NCBI GenBank assembly: GCA_001770205.1
Contig: MEQL01000049.1
Coordinates: 1-64,000, forward strand
Origin: Bdellovibrionales bacterium RIFOXYD12_FULL_39_22
Lineage (GTDB): Bacteria > Bdellovibrionota > Bacteriovoracia > Bacteriovoracales > Bacteriovoracaceae
Reading direction: 5' to 3'
Length of the DNA stretch: 64,000 nt
In this document: positions 27,045-36,548 of the stretch, piece after piece
How positions within the stretch are numbered: the stretch's first letter is position 1
Layout: each line of letters begins with the position of its first letter
Notes under the pieces: generated by a model
Databases searched by the model: none
What the model was told of the DNA's origin: nothing
The model's input: the letters and a program-made list of their open reading frames with translations, nothing else
Program-made: the position numbers and the translations under genes

Positions 27045-28874
27045 ATGTTAAAATTAAAACACAACTTACAAAAAATTATTTTTCTGATCTTTGTTCTGGC
27101 AACAACATCAGGATGTAACTCAGAAGTGACCTAATCTAAAAGTCGGCGGGCCAGATTACCAGTTGCTACAATCAGCACAACAGCGACAGCAACAGCGACA
27201 GCAACAGCGACAGCGACAGCAACAGCGACAGCAACAGCGACAGCAACAGCAACAGCAACAGCGACAGCGACAGCAACAAATGACATAACAGTTTCTTCTC
27301 AGCTTATTACGAATGTTTCACCGACAGGATTTGACGTCTTCGTTGGCTTTTTGGGTGATGAAAATGAAAATGCTGAAATCTATGTACAATATTGCAACGC
27401 GACTGATGCTGGAATTTCGTGCGACCCAGAAGCTGGTTACTCTATCGCCTTAATTCGAAATAGCACATATTTCGAAAAAACAGTTTCTACGCTCTCTTCT
27501 CCTGATGATCCTGGAGACATCCTAAGAGTAAAAATTTCCGTAATAGATTCTGATGGCGTAACAACGGCCATTTATCCACCGCAATTCATTACTCTAATGA
27601 AGCACATCTACCGATCGGTTGGCCCAGGTAATTCAGATTTATTAGCATCTGGACAATCAGTGGGCGCATTACACGTATCTAATTCTTTTGCATCTTTTTC
27701 TTCACCATTATCCGAAAACATTGGGATTGGCGATGTCGTTTTGTATGATTCTAACGATGATGGAGTCCTCGATAATCTGGCCGTCATATATGGCCGCTTA
27801 TCTTCCTCACTCTTTGTAGTTAAAAATTCCCTAGGAAACCTGGCCATCCCCACAAACACCGATGATTCAGACTGGGCGATTTATCGAAGCTATACCTCTC
27901 TTTACAACGCAGAGCGCGGAACAATCAATTCTTCGATTTCAATACCAATGGATAATGATGCGTATTGGACAGTAGGGGGCGGCAGAAACATTTTATCGGC
28001 GGGAGAAATTTGGAATATTGTTTGTTACGGAGATAATTATGATACTACCCCGGTTCAAATTAGTGGATGGACAACATCCAGTACAAATTTTATTAAAATT
28101 TTCACACCCACTACCAAAGCGGAGGTGGGAGAAAGCCAGAGACACAATGGAGTCTGGAGAGATTCTGCTTACACGTTGCATATAACGAACTCCGTCGCCA
28201 TCGTTAACTCCGTATCCTTTGTTAAAATTGAAGGTATCCAAATACTGCTTACAATAAATGTATTAGGATCTGGAAAAGGAGGAATTACAAACAATGGACA
28301 ACCAGGAGGAGATGTTTCAATTTCCCATAACATTTTAAAAAGTGATACGACCGGTACAACTTCTAGTTTTTCGGGAATAACCACAGGGTCTTCGAGCAAT
28401 GATACTTCTATCTTGAGAGTTTGGGACAATATCGTTTATGATTTCTATAACAAAAGTGATCCTACCCTGGCCATCAACGGCATCTACGGAGGAAGCGGTA
28501 TTTATTATTATTACAATAACACCACCTATTCTTGCAATATCGGATTTGGGTTTGGAAGTGGAACTGTGACGAGAGTTTTGAGAAATAATCTTTCATACAA
28601 CGATATTGTTAATAGTAACTTTAAGGACTACTCTTTTCCCGGAGGACACGTAAGCAGTAATAATATTTCCTCTGACGCCACATCTCCAAATGCTGCCTTT
28701 ACGCTAATGACCGTACTTTTTAATGATGAATCCACTCGCAATCTTAGTTTAAATGAAAATGATTCCGCGGCCCTTGGCGCTGGCCTTGATTTGTCCAATG
28801 ACCCGCTTAATCCTTTTTTGGACAATATTGTTGGAACTTTTTGGGACAGCAGTTGGAATATTGGGGCTCATTAA
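27045..28874 (+). pseudogene. Lipoprotein with Thr-Ala linker, FN3-like domain and right-handed beta-helix; one in-frame TAA
   Basis: AAGGTGG RBS, ATG 27045, lipobox TSGC, TAA 27132-27134, then open in the same frame through the 27351-28874 ORF. Confidence 0.8.
27180..27278 (+). repeat. ACAGCR hexamer microsatellite x16 (Thr-Ala)
   Basis: Directly visible. Confidence 0.95.
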
Positions 28875-28893
28875 AAAAGTAAAATCAATGCTT

Positions 28894-31800
28894 CTAGGAG
28901 GCCATAAAAATTCGCTTCATCCACCCATTGCTCCACACTCGAAAGCGATCGATATAAGAAAAAGCGGCGGGAATGACAATTAACGTTAATAGCGTAGAAC
29001 TAATCAAACCACCGATGATAGCATATCCCATGGCCGTGCGCTGCTTAGAAGACTCATTCAATCCAATGGCCACCGGAATAGTTCCAGCGATTAGCGCGAT
29101 AGAGGTCATCAAGATCGGGCGCAATCTAACCTTTCCCGCAGCAATCAAAGCATCTGCCCGGGAGAGTCCGTTTTGCATTTGTTGAATCGTGTAATCCACC
29201 AGCAAAATGGAATTCTTGCAAGCAACCCCCATCAGCATCAAAATTCCTAGCATAGCAAACAAACTAATTGGCTCTTGCACCACAAACAACAACACAAAGG
29301 CCCCAGAAATGGCCAGCGGCAAGGCCAACATAATGGTGAAAGGAGTGATGAATGATTCAAACAAAGAAGCAAGTACCAAATAAATTATCAGCACCCCAAA
29401 ACCTGCAGCGGTAAGCATAGAAACAATCATCTCTTGAAACATCTCCGTTGATCCGGCATAAACGGGTTTAATCTGAGGCGGTAACTTCAAATCGTCTTTT
29501 AAAATAGAATCAATTTTTTCAATGGCCTTATTAGTTCCCACTCCACGCACTACTGAACTCGTAATTTGAACATAGTACCCTCGATTGAGCCGATCAATGG
29601 TGGCCGCGCCCTCTGTTTCGCTAGTAGTTGCGACATCATTTAGCCGCACTGGCCAATTATTAATATTGGGAACAAACATCTTGGAAAAATTATCTTTTAA
29701 ATTTCTCTGCTCCTGTTGCATTCGCACTCGCACGTTATACTCAAACCCCTTCTCGCGAAATTTGACTGGAACAACTCCTTCAATTTGCGAACGAATTTCG
29801 CTACCGATTGTTTTTGTATTTACTCCATAGACAGAGGCCGCATTTGACTTAATTGCCACCTGAAACTCCGGTTTACCTGGCCGAAAAGTTGTGTCAACGT
29901 CATAAAAAATATCCTCATTTTTTTTCATCAATTCCACGAGTTTAAAAGCATACTCCCGAATAAGGACTTGATCTGCACCGATTAAATTCAACATAAGCGC
30001 ACTGCCCGGGCCACCGCCATTTTTAAACTCTCCCACCTTAGGATTTGCTGTCGCTACTACTGGATCGGCCAGCAATTCATTGCGAATCATATCCTTAAAC
30101 GTCGGTGTATTAAATGGCCGCGCGTCTCGTGGAATCAAACGTACATAAAAACTTGCCTTGTATGATTCGTTGAACATTCCTCCCACCGTAATGGTGGTCA
30201 TGGCAACCTCTTTGTGTTTTCTTAATATTTCATCAATTCGCATTGCCATTTTAGTGGTGGCATCCAAATTAGTTTTGGTTGGCAAATCAAAAGAGACCGA
30301 AAACTCCCCATTATCTTGCTCGGGAATAAACATTACCGGAATTTTCTTTACTGTGGCCATCGATAGAACAAAAACTACTATGCTAATAAAAAGCGTAATT
30401 AGTGGACGACGCACTACCACCGCAATAATTTGTCCATAAACACGCTCCAGCCAATCTTGAAATTTATTAAATACTGCCAACACCCAACCAAGTGAATGAT
30501 CCCATATCCAAGTTTTAAATGAGCGACCTTCCCCACGTACGGCGGTGTGAACTCCGGAGGCCAGGTAAGCCGAAAGCATTGGGGCAATAGTCAGTGCATC
30601 AAACAAAGAGATGGCCATGGCAAAACAAATGGTAAAACCGAACTGTTTTAAAAATTGCCCAATGATTCCTGACATAAATCCAACCGGCGCAAACACCGCA
30701 ATAACTACCGCTGTTGTAGCAATTACTGCCAAAGTAACCTCATGTGTTCCTGAAACTGCCGCCTTCATTGGAGAGGCGCCCTCTTCAATGTGGCGAAAAA
30801 TATTTTCTCGTACTACGATGGCATCATCAATTAAAAGTCCTACCGCCAGCGAAAGGGCCATTAGTGAAATTACGTTGATTGAAAAATTGGCCATGGCCAT
30901 TAAAATAAAGGCACCAATAAGTGAATTAGGAAGTGCAAGCGAAGTTATAATTGTGGATCGGCCATTTCCTAAGAAGAAAAAAACCACAAAAACGGTCAGT
31001 ACTATTCCTAAAATAATTGTTACCTCTACATCTTCTACGTTATCACGAATTGCCTTGCTAGAGTTTTGTACAATATCAATGGATGGCGTCCCAGGCATTG
31101 TTTTAAAATCTTCGGCCATTTTACCTACTGCTTTTATGACCGCATCATTTACTCCTAGTGTATTAGAGCCAGATTGCTTATATACATTCATAAATAGCGA
31201 TTTCTTTCCATTAACAAAAACGCGCGAAGACTCATCTTCTAGTGTATCTACTACTTTTCCCAAATCGCCAACGGTGGTGGCAGTGTTATTATATTTAAGG
31301 CCAACTAACGTCTCCGAAATATCTTTAAGCGATTTAAATTCGCCAATGCTTCTAAAAACTGTTTCGCTATCACCTTCTTGAATTTTTCCACTGGGAATAT
31401 TTTCTCCCACCTGCCGCAGCTGGTTGGTAATCTGAGTAACTGAAAATTGGCGTGGCACTAATTGGTTGCGATCCAATTGAATTTGAATTTCCCTTTTTCT
31501 TCCACCTTTAATCTGAACTTGGCCGACATTATCCAATTGCTCAATGCGGGGTTTAATATATTGCTCGGCCAAGTCGTAGAGTTCGCGCTCATTTAAATTC
31601 CCCTGGATCGCCAAGGTCATGATGCTTGCGCTAGAAGGATCAAAGCGCATAATCGTGGGTTCTTTAATATCCGTCGGCATAAAAGGACGGGCAGAAGAAA
31701 CTTTATCGCGCACTTGCTGCTCTGCCCATTTTACATCCACTTTAAGTTGAAATTCTGCAGTAACCTGACTTTGCCCTTCCAAGCTTTTGGAGGTGATTCT

Positions 31801-32034
31801 TTTAAGCCCAGAGATAATTCCGATGTGCTCCTCTAGTGGTTTAGTAATAAGAGTTTCAATTTCCTGCGGGCCAGCGCCTGGATATGCAACAGAAACTGCC
31901 ACCGTTGGCAAGTTAACTTCAGGCATTTGATCAACTGGTAGGGCGAAAAATGAAACAATACCAATAACGATCATTACGATGATTACACAAGTAATAAAAA
32001 CCGGCCTCTTAATGGAAAGTTCTCCCAACGTCAT
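28894..32034 (-). CDS. RND efflux permease (AcrB/AcrD/AcrF family)
   Basis: SIKRPV, GLLIDDAIVVRENI, KNSILLVD, RLRPILMTS. Confidence 0.95.
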   Translation of the reverse strand: MTLGELSIKRPVFITCVIIVMIVIGIVSFFALPVDQMPEVNLPTVAVSVAYPGAGPQEIETLITKPLEEHIGIISGLKRITSKSLEGQSQVTAEFQLKVDVKWAEQQVRDKVSSARPFMPTDIKEPTIMRFDPSSASIMTLAIQGNLNERELYDLAEQYIKPRIEQLDNVGQVQIKGGRKREIQIQLDRNQLVPRQFSVTQITNQLRQVGENIPSGKIQEGDSETVFRSIGEFKSLKDISETLVGLKYNNTATTVGDLGKVVDTLEDESSRVFVNGKKSLFMNVYKQSGSNTLGVNDAVIKAVGKMAEDFKTMPGTPSIDIVQNSSKAIRDNVEDVEVTIILGIVLTVFVVFFFLGNGRSTIITSLALPNSLIGAFILMAMANFSINVISLMALSLAVGLLIDDAIVVRENIFRHIEEGASPMKAAVSGTHEVTLAVIATTAVVIAVFAPVGFMSGIIGQFLKQFGFTICFAMAISLFDALTIAPMLSAYLASGVHTAVRGEGRSFKTWIWDHSLGWVLAVFNKFQDWLERVYGQIIAVVVRRPLITLFISIVVFVLSMATVKKIPVMFIPEQDNGEFSVSFDLPTKTNLDATTKMAMRIDEILRKHKEVAMTTITVGGMFNESYKASFYVRLIPRDARPFNTPTFKDMIRNELLADPVVATANPKVGEFKNGGGPGSALMLNLIGADQVLIREYAFKLVELMKKNEDIFYDVDTTFRPGKPEFQVAIKSNAASVYGVNTKTIGSEIRSQIEGVVPVKFREKGFEYNVRVRMQQEQRNLKDNFSKMFVPNINNWPVRLNDVATTSETEGAATIDRLNRGYYVQITSSVVRGVGTNKAIEKIDSILKDDLKLPPQIKPVYAGSTEMFQEMIVSMLTAAGFGVLIIYLVLASLFESFITPFTIMLALPLAISGAFVLLFVVQEPISLFAMLGILMLMGVACKNSILLVDYTIQQMQNGLSRADALIAAGKVRLRPILMTSIALIAGTIPVAIGLNESSKQRTAMGYAIIGGLISSTLLTLIVIPAAFSYIDRFRVWSNGWMKRIFMAS

Positions 32035-32100
32035 ATAATAACTCCCAAACTTTTTAATTGTTGAGGATAACGCTGCACCGTAGGGCCGGCCAGGAAAAAG

Positions 32101-32129
32101 TTGACGTACATCCAGGTCATAAGTAAACT
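32101..32129 (+). promoter_or_regulatory. Sigma70-like promoter
   Basis: TTGACG-17 bp-TAAACT upstream of the 32160 gene. Confidence 0.55.
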
Positions 32130-32159
32130 TTTTTAAGCACTATTTCTAAAGGAGATTCC

Positions 32160-32888
32160 ATGAGAAGAATTATTTTTTCGCTGATACTCGTTGTCGCAAT
32201 GGCCGTAATTTCTGAGAGCTTCGCCTCATCTTTAAAGAACGATTGTGCCAAACTTTCATCTTGCGTTGAGGCCATCAGCAAATTAACGGGAATAAAGTAT
32301 CTTTTTCAAGAAGATGCTTCTATAAAAATTGATTCTTCTTCTAATTACGAACTGTCCAAGGAAAATGCTGACTCAATTTTCTCAGAAATTCTTTTTATCT
32401 CCTCTTTTGCCCGTCTTCCTCAAAAGGATGGACGTTTTGTCATCATTAACGCCAGAGATGTTCGCTATCATACCCTCCCAGAAGTAAATGCTTCGTATAA
32501 AAATCCACCAACACTTCCGGATAATTTCGATTTTTATCAACTGACGTATCGTTTTGAGAACGTGCCTGCGGAATTTGGTATCACAACTGAAGCACTTCGA
32601 TATTGCCGCCCAATGCTTTCACGCTTCGGGCGCCTGACGGAAATTGGCAAAAACCAAACTATTATCGCTATGGATACTGCCAAAAATCTTGCCAAGATTT
32701 ACAAGATTTTTAAGGAGTTAGATATTAGGCCAACAGCGGCTTATCTAAAGGAAAAAGAACGGGAAAAGGCAAAGCGCGATGAGCTTGATAAAATTGAGGC
32801 AAAAAACTGTCAATCTTTTCGTGATGAGCTGCGAAGAATGCAAACAGGCACAATCGAAGAACGTCGGCCAGTTGCCGATCCGGAGTAA
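32160..32888 (+). CDS. Secreted protein resembling secretin (GspD) N0/N1 domains without the barrel
   Basis: Signal peptide; VEAISKLTGIKYLF, FSEILFISSF, RPMLSRFG, NQTIIAMDTAKNLAKIYKIFKELD. Confidence 0.6.
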   Translation: MRRIIFSLILVVAMAVISESFASSLKNDCAKLSSCVEAISKLTGIKYLFQEDASIKIDSSSNYELSKENADSIFSEILFISSFARLPQKDGRFVIINARDVRYHTLPEVNASYKNPPTLPDNFDFYQLTYRFENVPAEFGITTEALRYCRPMLSRFGRLTEIGKNQTIIAMDTAKNLAKIYKIFKELDIRPTAAYLKEKEREKAKRDELDKIEAKNCQSFRDELRRMQTGTIEERRPVADPE

Positions 32889-32913
32889 TATTCATCCCCT
32901 GTTTTTTAAAGGG

Positions 32914-32942
32914 TAGACAAAGTAAAATTAGTATTCTATTGT
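32914..32942 (+). promoter_or_regulatory. Sigma70-like promoter of tRNA
   Basis: TAGACA-17 bp-TATTGT. Confidence 0.5.
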
Positions 32943-32966
32943 GCCATCAATCAGTTATCATCTTGG

Positions 32967-33043
<77 letters not shown>

Positions 33044-33059
33044 ATTCTTACAACATCCG

Positions 33060-33101
33060 AACCCCCCGGACATCTCATTATTGAAATGTCCGGGGGGTTT
33101 T
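33060..33101 (+). terminator. Intrinsic terminator after tRNA
   Basis: ACCCCCCGGACAT...ATGTCCGGGGGGT hairpin followed by T-run. Confidence 0.85.
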
Positions 33102-33321
33102 AAGTTTTGGATATCATTAGATTTGTTTACATCAATTTTCAATTCTCCTTCGCTCATGGATCGATAATAGATATCAAATTTAAATCCCGATAGGAAATTT
33201 ATTAAGATAGTTTTTGTCAGGTATTTTTAACGTTTTTTCTAAACTTTTATATAAAATGTCCGTTTGTTAACTTAAGAGATCTCTTCTGGGAAAATTTTAG
33301 TGCACGAAATAGGAGACAAAA

Positions 33322-34740
33322 ATGATTTTTTTCCTAGCAACACTACGCGCTACCTACTTTGCCTTTATTATTTTTAATATTACCATGCTGGGATGTACAC
33401 ACACTACCAAACCAAACCAAACTAGTGATAGCACTATCGTAAAAAAAACATCTTTATCTTCATCTTTTGATGATCAAGATGAATTTTATGAATATCCCGA
33501 AGATCTTGTTGTTGCTGAAAACAATCCCTTGCCAGATTCTATTGCTCCTATCTCCAAGGCCAATAGAAGCATTGCATCTCTTTCATCTCCGGCCGAAATT
33601 GAAATAACGTCCAAGCAATTTAAGGAGGAGTTTGGTGCCACGGGAGACGGAATTACTGAAGATGGGATGGCATTTTTCAAATTAATTGAATATGTAAATG
33701 CTCTTCCCCAAGATACACCCGTGAAAATTATTTTCAAAGATCGATATGTAATTACCGGCGGCCCCAATCTGGCAACAAAATTTGGAATGGTTCAAGGAAT
33801 CCCTCTGATTAAAAAAAAGAATGTAACCATCATCGCATCTGGCGCCGTATTTACTGTACCAAACTCATTTCTTTGGCAAAGGACTCTCCGCGGAGGTGAT
33901 GATAACGATTATTTTGCTCAGGGTTTTCATGTAACCGGTGCAAATTTTAAGATGATTGGCGGATTATTAGATGGCCACTTTCAACATCGCATTGAAAGTG
34001 GTGCCGCCAGACCTGTTGCTTCTGAACGTAATTATGGTGGAAATGAATATGGACTTTGGATGCAAGGACAAAATTGGCAATTATCTCAAGTGACTTCTCG
34101 CAATTGGGGAACTGATGCTCTTCTGGTTCAATCTCCCGGAAAAGCAGAAGATTGTAATTTCGTGCGCGGCCGTAGAAATAATGTTAGTGTTGCTGCAATA
34201 GGGGCAATTACTGAAAACAATCCTGTAATTTTTGATCGTTGCAATTTTTACAGAGCATCCGCTTATCCCGAGGACTATTACAATGCACCGGGATCTGGCC
34301 TGCAAATCGAAAGTAAAAAATTTCCAGCGACCGTTATTGTTCGAAACAGTGTTTTTAAAAATAGTCGAAGAAATTCCATTCGTCTGTCTAGTAATGCAAA
34401 AAATTGCGTGATTGAAAATACGGTTGTCGATTCTGACATTGAATTTAGATCACCAAAAGAGAGTGACGAATACTTGGGACATCTAGGTGGACATCGTTTA
34501 TATAAAGTTACGTTTGAGGAGCGCTCTTCTGTCCCTGCTATTTATGGCCGGAAGACCAATTCGCCAATTACTTTTGATAGATGTCTTTTTTTTGACTATA
34601 ACCTATCAGAAAGTCCGATTATACAACGCTCAAACTACAGAAGAACTCCAGATGGCCCATTAGAATACAATCCAATCAAAGTAAAAAATTGTCGCTCGCC
34701 ACTATCTAGTTTTGATTGGAATTCTCAAGTTTGGAAATAA
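33322..34740 (+). CDS. Probable lipoprotein with right-handed beta-helix (pectate-lyase/tailspike-like)
   Basis: MLGC lipobox; FGATGDGITED motif; repeated beta-helix strands. Confidence 0.78.
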   Translation: MIFFLATLRATYFAFIIFNITMLGCTHTTKPNQTSDSTIVKKTSLSSSFDDQDEFYEYPEDLVVAENNPLPDSIAPISKANRSIASLSSPAEIEITSKQFKEEFGATGDGITEDGMAFFKLIEYVNALPQDTPVKIIFKDRYVITGGPNLATKFGMVQGIPLIKKKNVTIIASGAVFTVPNSFLWQRTLRGGDDNDYFAQGFHVTGANFKMIGGLLDGHFQHRIESGAARPVASERNYGGNEYGLWMQGQNWQLSQVTSRNWGTDALLVQSPGKAEDCNFVRGRRNNVSVAAIGAITENNPVIFDRCNFYRASAYPEDYYNAPGSGLQIESKKFPATVIVRNSVFKNSRRNSIRLSSNAKNCVIENTVVDSDIEFRSPKESDEYLGHLGGHRLYKVTFEERSSVPAIYGRKTNSPITFDRCLFFDYNLSESPIIQRSNYRRTPDGPLEYNPIKVKNCRSPLSSFDWNSQVWK

Positions 34741-34847
34741 TTAAGCCTTGGCCATTTAGAGCATCCCGCCAGACAATTCAATAATAGTAAAAGACTTTTT
34801 ATGCGTTACCTGATCTAATGGATAAAACATTGAACAGGGGAACTACA

Positions 34848-35213
34848 ATGAAACATTCTACTATCATAATTTTATCTTCTCTTCTTTTCTCTTTTTCTTC
34901 TTTTGCCATGACAAGATTACCTGCCGCATTAACCGATGATTTGCTTAAGACGGTGGCCATTGAACTATTAATTAATAACATCAACGAAAACTACCGTGTA
35001 ACCCAATTAACCGCCGGCCGTATTGATGATAATGGATTTGAATTGGCCGCGGCCATCGTTACCATCGTGAAGGCAAACGGAATTTGTATGAAAATTGCCG
35101 CCTCTGTTAGAGCGGACACTTGCACTAATGTTGAAACAAACTGCAAGCTAGGGGCCCACTCTCTCGACTGTAAAGAAAATTTAAGCGTCGAAGAATATTT
35201 GCTTCGACTATAA
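34848..35213 (+). CDS. Small secreted hypothetical protein
   Basis: AGGGG RBS; signal peptide ending SFA; four Cys. Confidence 0.65.
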   Translation: MKHSTIIILSSLLFSFSSFAMTRLPAALTDDLLKTVAIELLINNINENYRVTQLTAGRIDDNGFELAAAIVTIVKANGICMKIAASVRADTCTNVETNCKLGAHSLDCKENLSVEEYLLRL

Positions 35214-35403
35214 TTAAACACATGCCTTCATAACCAAACGACCAAATATCCAATAGTTCAGGCCGAATAAATTACCAACAAACGCATTAAAATAGTCTTT
35301 TGTGCCATGGAAATTTTTGTCCATAATTGAAAGCAAGGGCAAGATCAACTACTATCTTGAATACACTTTATGTCTTCTTATATCTTCATTTGGGAGAAGC
35401 GAA

Positions 35404-36333
35404 ATGAATTACACACCACTGCGCATCGCCACGATTCGTCCAGAGAAAACGCTTACCTTTGATCTTTTTGTTCTCTTTAAGGATCAGTATCTAAAATATG
35501 CTGAACGAGGAAAATTTCTACAACATGAACAGGTAGCAAAATTGCGTGTACAGAAAATTGCCCGTTTTTTTATTCTCTCTTCTGATGAAGAAGCCTACTT
35601 GAAGTTTTTTTCAGAAATTATGAATGAAGCGATGAATTGTGCCAAAACAGGATTGGATGACAAAGCAACCATTATTAGCGAATCAGTTGGTACGGCCGTT
35701 GATCTTATGCGTGAAGATCCGGGAAGCAAAAATTCTTATCGCCTAACTCAGCAGGCAGCGCACGGCCTTCGTGCCATGATAAACTCTAATCCAGAGGCCC
35801 TTAAAGCAATTTTCGGAAAAGTAGCGCCAACCGATGATATTATTGTCAAACACTCAATGAATGTGGCCATGCTCTCAACAAAAATGGCCGAGCTAGTTAA
35901 ATGTAGTGAGGCGGAAATAGATAATATCGCAACCGCTGCACTAATTCATGATATAGGAATGTTTCAATTACCGGGTAGTGGCGCGCTATTTTCCAAAAAA
36001 CAAACACAACTATCTCCGCAAGAAAAAGTAGTTTATAAATCTCATATTGAAAAGGCAGTAAAGCTTCTTGAGGGGAAGAACTATATTAATCCAGCGATAA
36101 TTAATTTAATTATGCACCATGAAGAAAAATTATCTGGCAATGGCCCTCTTGGATTTAGAAAGCTGGGAAAACTCGAAGAGATTTTATCCATGGCCGATTG
36201 CTTTGATAAAAAAATTACCGCCAATAAAATGACAAAGAACGAGGCCATAAAAGAGTTTATGCTTGATGAATTGGGGAATTATGGCCTGGAACTTATGAAT
36301 GCCTTTAAGAAAATGGTTAGGGCATTAGATTAG
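35404..36333 (+). CDS. HD-GYP-like phosphohydrolase (GYP degenerate)
   Basis: HSMNVA, IHDIG, HHEE, GNGPLG, ADCFD. Confidence 0.85.
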   Translation: MNYTPLRIATIRPEKTLTFDLFVLFKDQYLKYAERGKFLQHEQVAKLRVQKIARFFILSSDEEAYLKFFSEIMNEAMNCAKTGLDDKATIISESVGTAVDLMREDPGSKNSYRLTQQAAHGLRAMINSNPEALKAIFGKVAPTDDIIVKHSMNVAMLSTKMAELVKCSEAEIDNIATAALIHDIGMFQLPGSGALFSKKQTQLSPQEKVVYKSHIEKAVKLLEGKNYINPAIINLIMHHEEKLSGNGPLGFRKLGKLEEILSMADCFDKKITANKMTKNEAIKEFMLDELGNYGLELMNAFKKMVRALD

Positions 36334-36336
36334 AAT

Positions 36337-36365
36337 TTGACAAGACTCTCTTCTATAAATATCAT
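36337..36365 (+). promoter_or_regulatory. Sigma70 promoter of SRP RNA/dnaX
   Basis: TTGACA-17 bp-TATCAT. Confidence 0.75.
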
Positions 36366-36372
36366 GCCAGAA

Positions 36373-36472
36373 GGTGGCCAGATCTGTGATGATAGTATGT
36401 GCGGCGAACTCCGCCAGGTCGGGAACGAAGCAACGGTAACTGTCTCTGCTAGGTGTTGCTGGTTTGGCCGCC
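36373..36472 (+). ncRNA. ffs: Signal recognition particle RNA (4.5S)
   Basis: CCAGGTCGGGAACGAAGCAAC helix-8 motif; closing stem GGTGGCCAGATC/GGTTTGGCCGCC; typical position before dnaX. Confidence 0.88.
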
Positions 36473-36548
36473 GCTTATTTTTTCCATTTTAGATATATAG
36501 TTTTTTTGATCGCAAGATTTTTAACCGAGAGAAGGGGAGAGAATTATA

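Noticed and set aside
1249..27134. Stop-codon reassignment explaining in-frame stops
   Set aside because: Stops are mixed TAA/TGA, mostly co-occur with frameshifts, and core genes end normally on all three stops
30611..31381. 256-aa antisense ORF and similar shadow ORFs (17809, 18853, 19341, 39914, 62750)
   Set aside because: Lie opposite well-supported genes and have no motifs
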